From assembly GCA_004431415.1 (NCBI GenBank), contig QPMI01000416.1, forward strand, positions 496,001 through 560,000: a stretch of DNA of 64,000 nucleotides, given 5' to 3'. The stretch is from Cyanophora paradoxa CCMP329 (taxonomy: Eukaryota; Plantae; Glaucophyta). The notes beneath the pieces are model-generated. The model was not told where the DNA came from, did not search any database, and worked only from the letters and a program-made list of their open reading frames with translations. This document shows, piece by piece, positions 60,461-64,000 of this stretch. Position 1 is the first letter of the stretch. Each line of letters begins with the position of its first letter. Both the position numbers and the translations under genes were made by a program.

Positions 60461-62726
60461 TTACTTGAAGATCCTATCCGCGAGCGACGAGTGCAGCCAG
60501 CTCGCGCGGACCATGTACGCTGCACTCTTGCCGGGGCGGTACCTGCGCACGCGGCGCCAATAAACGCGATCAGAGGGCGCCCGCACGCGTGGAGCAGCAT
60601 GGAGAAATGTATGTATGTATGTGTGCCAAGCCGCCCGCCCGCGTGCGTGCGTGCCTGTGCTTTGGGTCTGGCGAGAGGATGGCGTCGACGATGGTCTCGG
60701 CGACCACTTCGGGGGGGTCGCCGCCCTTGCCGCCCTCCTGCTGCTCCCTCCAGCTGCGAGGACGTCGACGCGAGTCAGCTCCACGCCTGAGGGCGGGACT
60801 TCGAAACGTCGCTCGCGCGCACTGTTTGCGGAGGCCGTCCTGGTACACTGGGGGGCTCCCCGCAATTGCCTGGGGTGGGGCGGCGGCGGGGTAAGCTGAG
60901 CGGGGTAATTTGTTTTTTGGGGGGGCGTGGGGCGGCAGGCGATAGACGGGGCAACTTGGTGGCAAGGAAAGGGGTAGGGCGGCGGGCGGGGGCGGGCGGG
61001 CGGGCGGGCGGGCGGGCGGGCGGGCGGGCGGACGGGGCCCCGGGGGGAGGAGGAGGGGGGGGGTGGAGGGGCGAGGAGGTGAGGCCGCGGGCCGTGGGGG
61101 CGTGGGGCGGCAGGGGATAGACGGGGCAAGGAAAGGGGTAGGGCGGCAGGCGCCGGCGGCGGGCGGGCGGGCGGGCGGGCGGGCGGGCGGGGCGGGGGGG
61201 GGGGGGGGGGGGGGGAGGGGGGGTGCGGGGGAAAGGGGGGGGGGATGTGCAGGGCGGTGGAGGCGCGGGCCGGGGGGGGGGAGGAGGAGGGGAGGGGGAG
61301 GGGGGGGGTTGAGCCGGCGAGGAGGTGAGGGGGGTGGAGCCGGCGAGGAGGAGAGGCCGCGGGCCGGGGGGGGGCGCGGGGGCGGCTCGGGGAGGGGGGG
61401 GGGAGGGGGGAAGAGGGAAGGGGGGGGAAGGGCGGGGGGCTCGGGCTGACCTCTTCGTGCCACCTCGTAATATTCTCTGCCGACATCATCGGGGTCTTGA
61501 TCATCCCCTGTGCTCGCGTCAGAAACTTCGAATCACAGGACAGAAACTTCAAGCTTAAGCCAGGCCGGGCGGCAGTTCGCCATGGCTCAGTTTTCCGCGA
61601 GGGCAGGATTAATATTATTAATATTCCGGCGCACGGGCTGGATGAGGGAGACCCCGACGCCGAGCGGCCCCACCTCGCGCCGGAGGCCGTCCGCCAACGC
61701 CTCGACCGCGTACTTCGTCGCACTGCGGGGGCAGCAAAATTCTTGTCAGCAAATCTAACACAGTAGCTGGAAATAATTCGATTTCTCGAAATTCAATCTA
61801 GGTCGCACGAGTACATGGAGAAATAAGGCAGCGTGACGATGCCGAGGGCTGCAGGAAAATCAGGCGGGGGGGAATACACACAAAATTAAACATAACGATA
61901 GTGCCGCACTGGATCCGACGAGGACGACGCGCCCCTGTGTGCTGCGGATAATCGGCAGCAGCGCCCTAGTCACCGAAATGACACCGAAGACGTTGACTGC
62001 GATTCGAAGCGCGGTTAACGTTCGAATAATAAAAGCGGCGCCGGCCGGCCAGAAACGTAATCGCGAAAATTCACCGTCAAACATGTCGCGGATCTCGGAC
62101 TCCGGCTGACACTCCAGGGCCCCTGGGCGCGCCACCCCAGCGTTGCAGACGACGCCGACTCTGCCGCCCTTGGCGGCCGCCTCGAGAACTTCGGGAAGCC
62201 CCCGAACGTGCTGCGCGCGCGGCGTGTCGGCACAGAATCGGACCGGAACGGAGAAAGCGGATCCGGAGGGAAAGGCATAGCCGCTGAGCTAGCTAGCTGC
62301 ATGCGCGAATTCGAAGGCTGAGGACCTGCTGAGATTTGGCGCGAAATGATTCTTTCGAATTCAGAGACCTATAGCTAGAGCTAGCTAGAGGCCGGCCCGG
62401 CGGACCTGCTCATTCGTCACGTCGAGGAGGATGGGCCGGAGCCTGCTAGAGGCGACGCCGCGCCAGCGGTCGGCCGCGGCGTCGAGCTCGCTCGTGTCGC
62501 GGATGCCGGCCAGGACAGTGCACCCGGCCGCGTCGAGCGCGAGCGCCGTCGCCTGGCCGATCCCGCTCGAGCAGCCGGTGACGAGCACCGTGTACGGCTC
62601 GAGATTCGAGCGCCGGCCGCCGAGGAACGCCGGCAGCGTGAACGCACGCGCGAACTTCGCGCTCGCCGCTTGAGCGTTGAGTCGGCGGCTGCCAGCGCGC
62701 ACGTACGCGTGCATATGCATATGCAT
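60461..62726 (-). CDS. Second SDR paralogue, convergent with the first; start codon uncertain
   Basis: Motifs VLVTGCSSGIG, LLDVTNEQ, VCNAG, VNVFG, YSATK and EALADGLRRE. Intron positions match the 57727 gene. Ends LADRIFK-TAA. Confidence 0.88.
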
Positions 62727-62926
62727 GTCGCAAGCCCGACGGTCTCGGAACGTTGACACCCGCACAGTGCGACACTATATGGCCAAAGCTTCTCAGACTG
62801 CAGCTATATACTATGATAGCTAGCTATAGGCCCAGCCCAGCCTGGCAGCTGCAATGCACGGAGTTAGATGCCTAGCTAGCTAAGCTAGATAGCTATAGGT
62901 CAGCCTGGCAGGCCCTGATGCGTATA

Positions 62927-64000
62927 TATACGTGAACGGTGTATGTATACCGTAGTACTACGGTACGTGGGCTGGTATACGTGTATACGTATAAGTATAC
63001 GTAAACTTGTGAGCGTCGCGAATTCGAAGCTGCCGGGCCGCGCGCGCGCGCTGCCCTACGTATATACTGATGCTCACGGCTAGCCTAGCTATAGCAGCGC
63101 TCAGCGCGCCGCCTGCCGTGCTGTGCTTCCGCGCCTTAAGCTTAAACTCCCGGAAGGTCCCCCCCCCCGCGCGCGCGCCGCTGTACATGTGCGCGCTTAT
63201 CGATATCGATGCGCGTGTACGGGTACTAGCTATAGGCTACAACTGGTACTAGCTCGAACTAAGCCTCGAAGCATCATGCATGCGTGCCATGCATGATGCA
63301 TGATCATGATTCATGATGCAGTCTCATGCAGAGCCGATCTAAGCTCGAGCCGTCGTGAGGCTTGTCGCCAAGCCTGGCAATTGCAAGTCGGCTCTGCTTC
63401 GAGGCTCCTAGGATCCTGGGAGTATGCCCGGCACCTGCGGCAGCCAAAAAAGCGTCCGGCTCCGCGAGACGTACTTGAAGTGTAAAAATTAAAATTTCTG
63501 CTTTGTTTTGGCTGCCGCAGGTGCCGGGCATACTCCCAGGATCCTAGGAGCCTCGAAGCAGAGCCGACTTGCAATTGCCAGGCTTGGCGACAAGCCTCAC
63601 GACGGCTCGAGCTTAGATCGGCTCTGCATGAGACTGCATCATGAATCATGATCATGCATGGCACGCATGCTTCGAGCTAGTACCAGTTGTAGCCTATAGC
63701 TAGTACCCGTACACGCGCATCGATATCGTCGATAAGCGCGCACATGTACAGCGGCGCGCGCGCGGGGGACCTTCCGGGAGCTTAAGCTTAAGGCGCGGAA
63801 GCACAGCACGGCAGGCGGCGCGCTGAGCGCTGCTATAGCTAGGCTAGCCGTGAGCATCAGTATATACGTAGGGCAGCGCGCGCGCGCGGCCCGGCAGCTT
63901 CGAATTCGCGACGCTCACAAGTTTACGTATACTTATACGTATACACGTATACCAGCCCACGTACCGTAGTACTACGGTATACATACACCGTTCACGTATA
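62927..64000. repeat. Long near-perfect inverted repeat (arms >=~500 bp, ~50 bp spacer) extending past the window end
   Basis: 62927-63449 is the reverse complement of 63506-64000, apart from a few short indels and about one substitution. Confidence 0.95.

Noticed and set aside
1-64000. Autonomous transposon, viral, rRNA or prokaryotic operon-type system
   Set aside because: No transposase, reverse transcriptase, integrase, capsid or rRNA motifs were recognised, and all identifiable genes have spliceosomal introns.

Overview
GC-rich, very intron-dense eukaryotic (protist or algal) nuclear DNA. The intron style and class III cyclase are reminiscent of a glaucophyte such as Cyanophora, but this is an unverified inference. 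Most ORFs in the six-frame track are GC-rich shadows, so I stitched genes by hand from splice sites and protein motifs. I recover about 12 genes: a partial four-domain voltage-gated cation channel (-), an orphan tail-anchored protein (+), two type I membrane proteins (-), an NHL-like propeller protein (-), a class III adenylyl cyclase with a split catalytic domain (+), a D-box/WHIM3-like nuclear protein (+), a peroxisomal ACAD11/IBR3-type APH+acyl-CoA dehydrogenase (+), a small acidic protein (+), an ~8-TM protein (-) and two convergent SDR paralogues. There are also several pseudogenised duplicates and a >1 kb palindrome running off the right end. The most striking signals concern genome mechanics. 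(1) Duplicated copies differ from their parents largely by short X-revcomp(X)-X palindromic micro-insertions, suggesting a pervasive template-switch mutational process. (2) About one third of introns in the best-resolved gene are GC-AG, always after exonic AG. (3) A GTACCC/GGGTAC motif is strongly enriched in some gene bodies. (4) Introns carry ghost copies of adjacent exon ends. Exon boundaries and counts were made by eye and are approximate.
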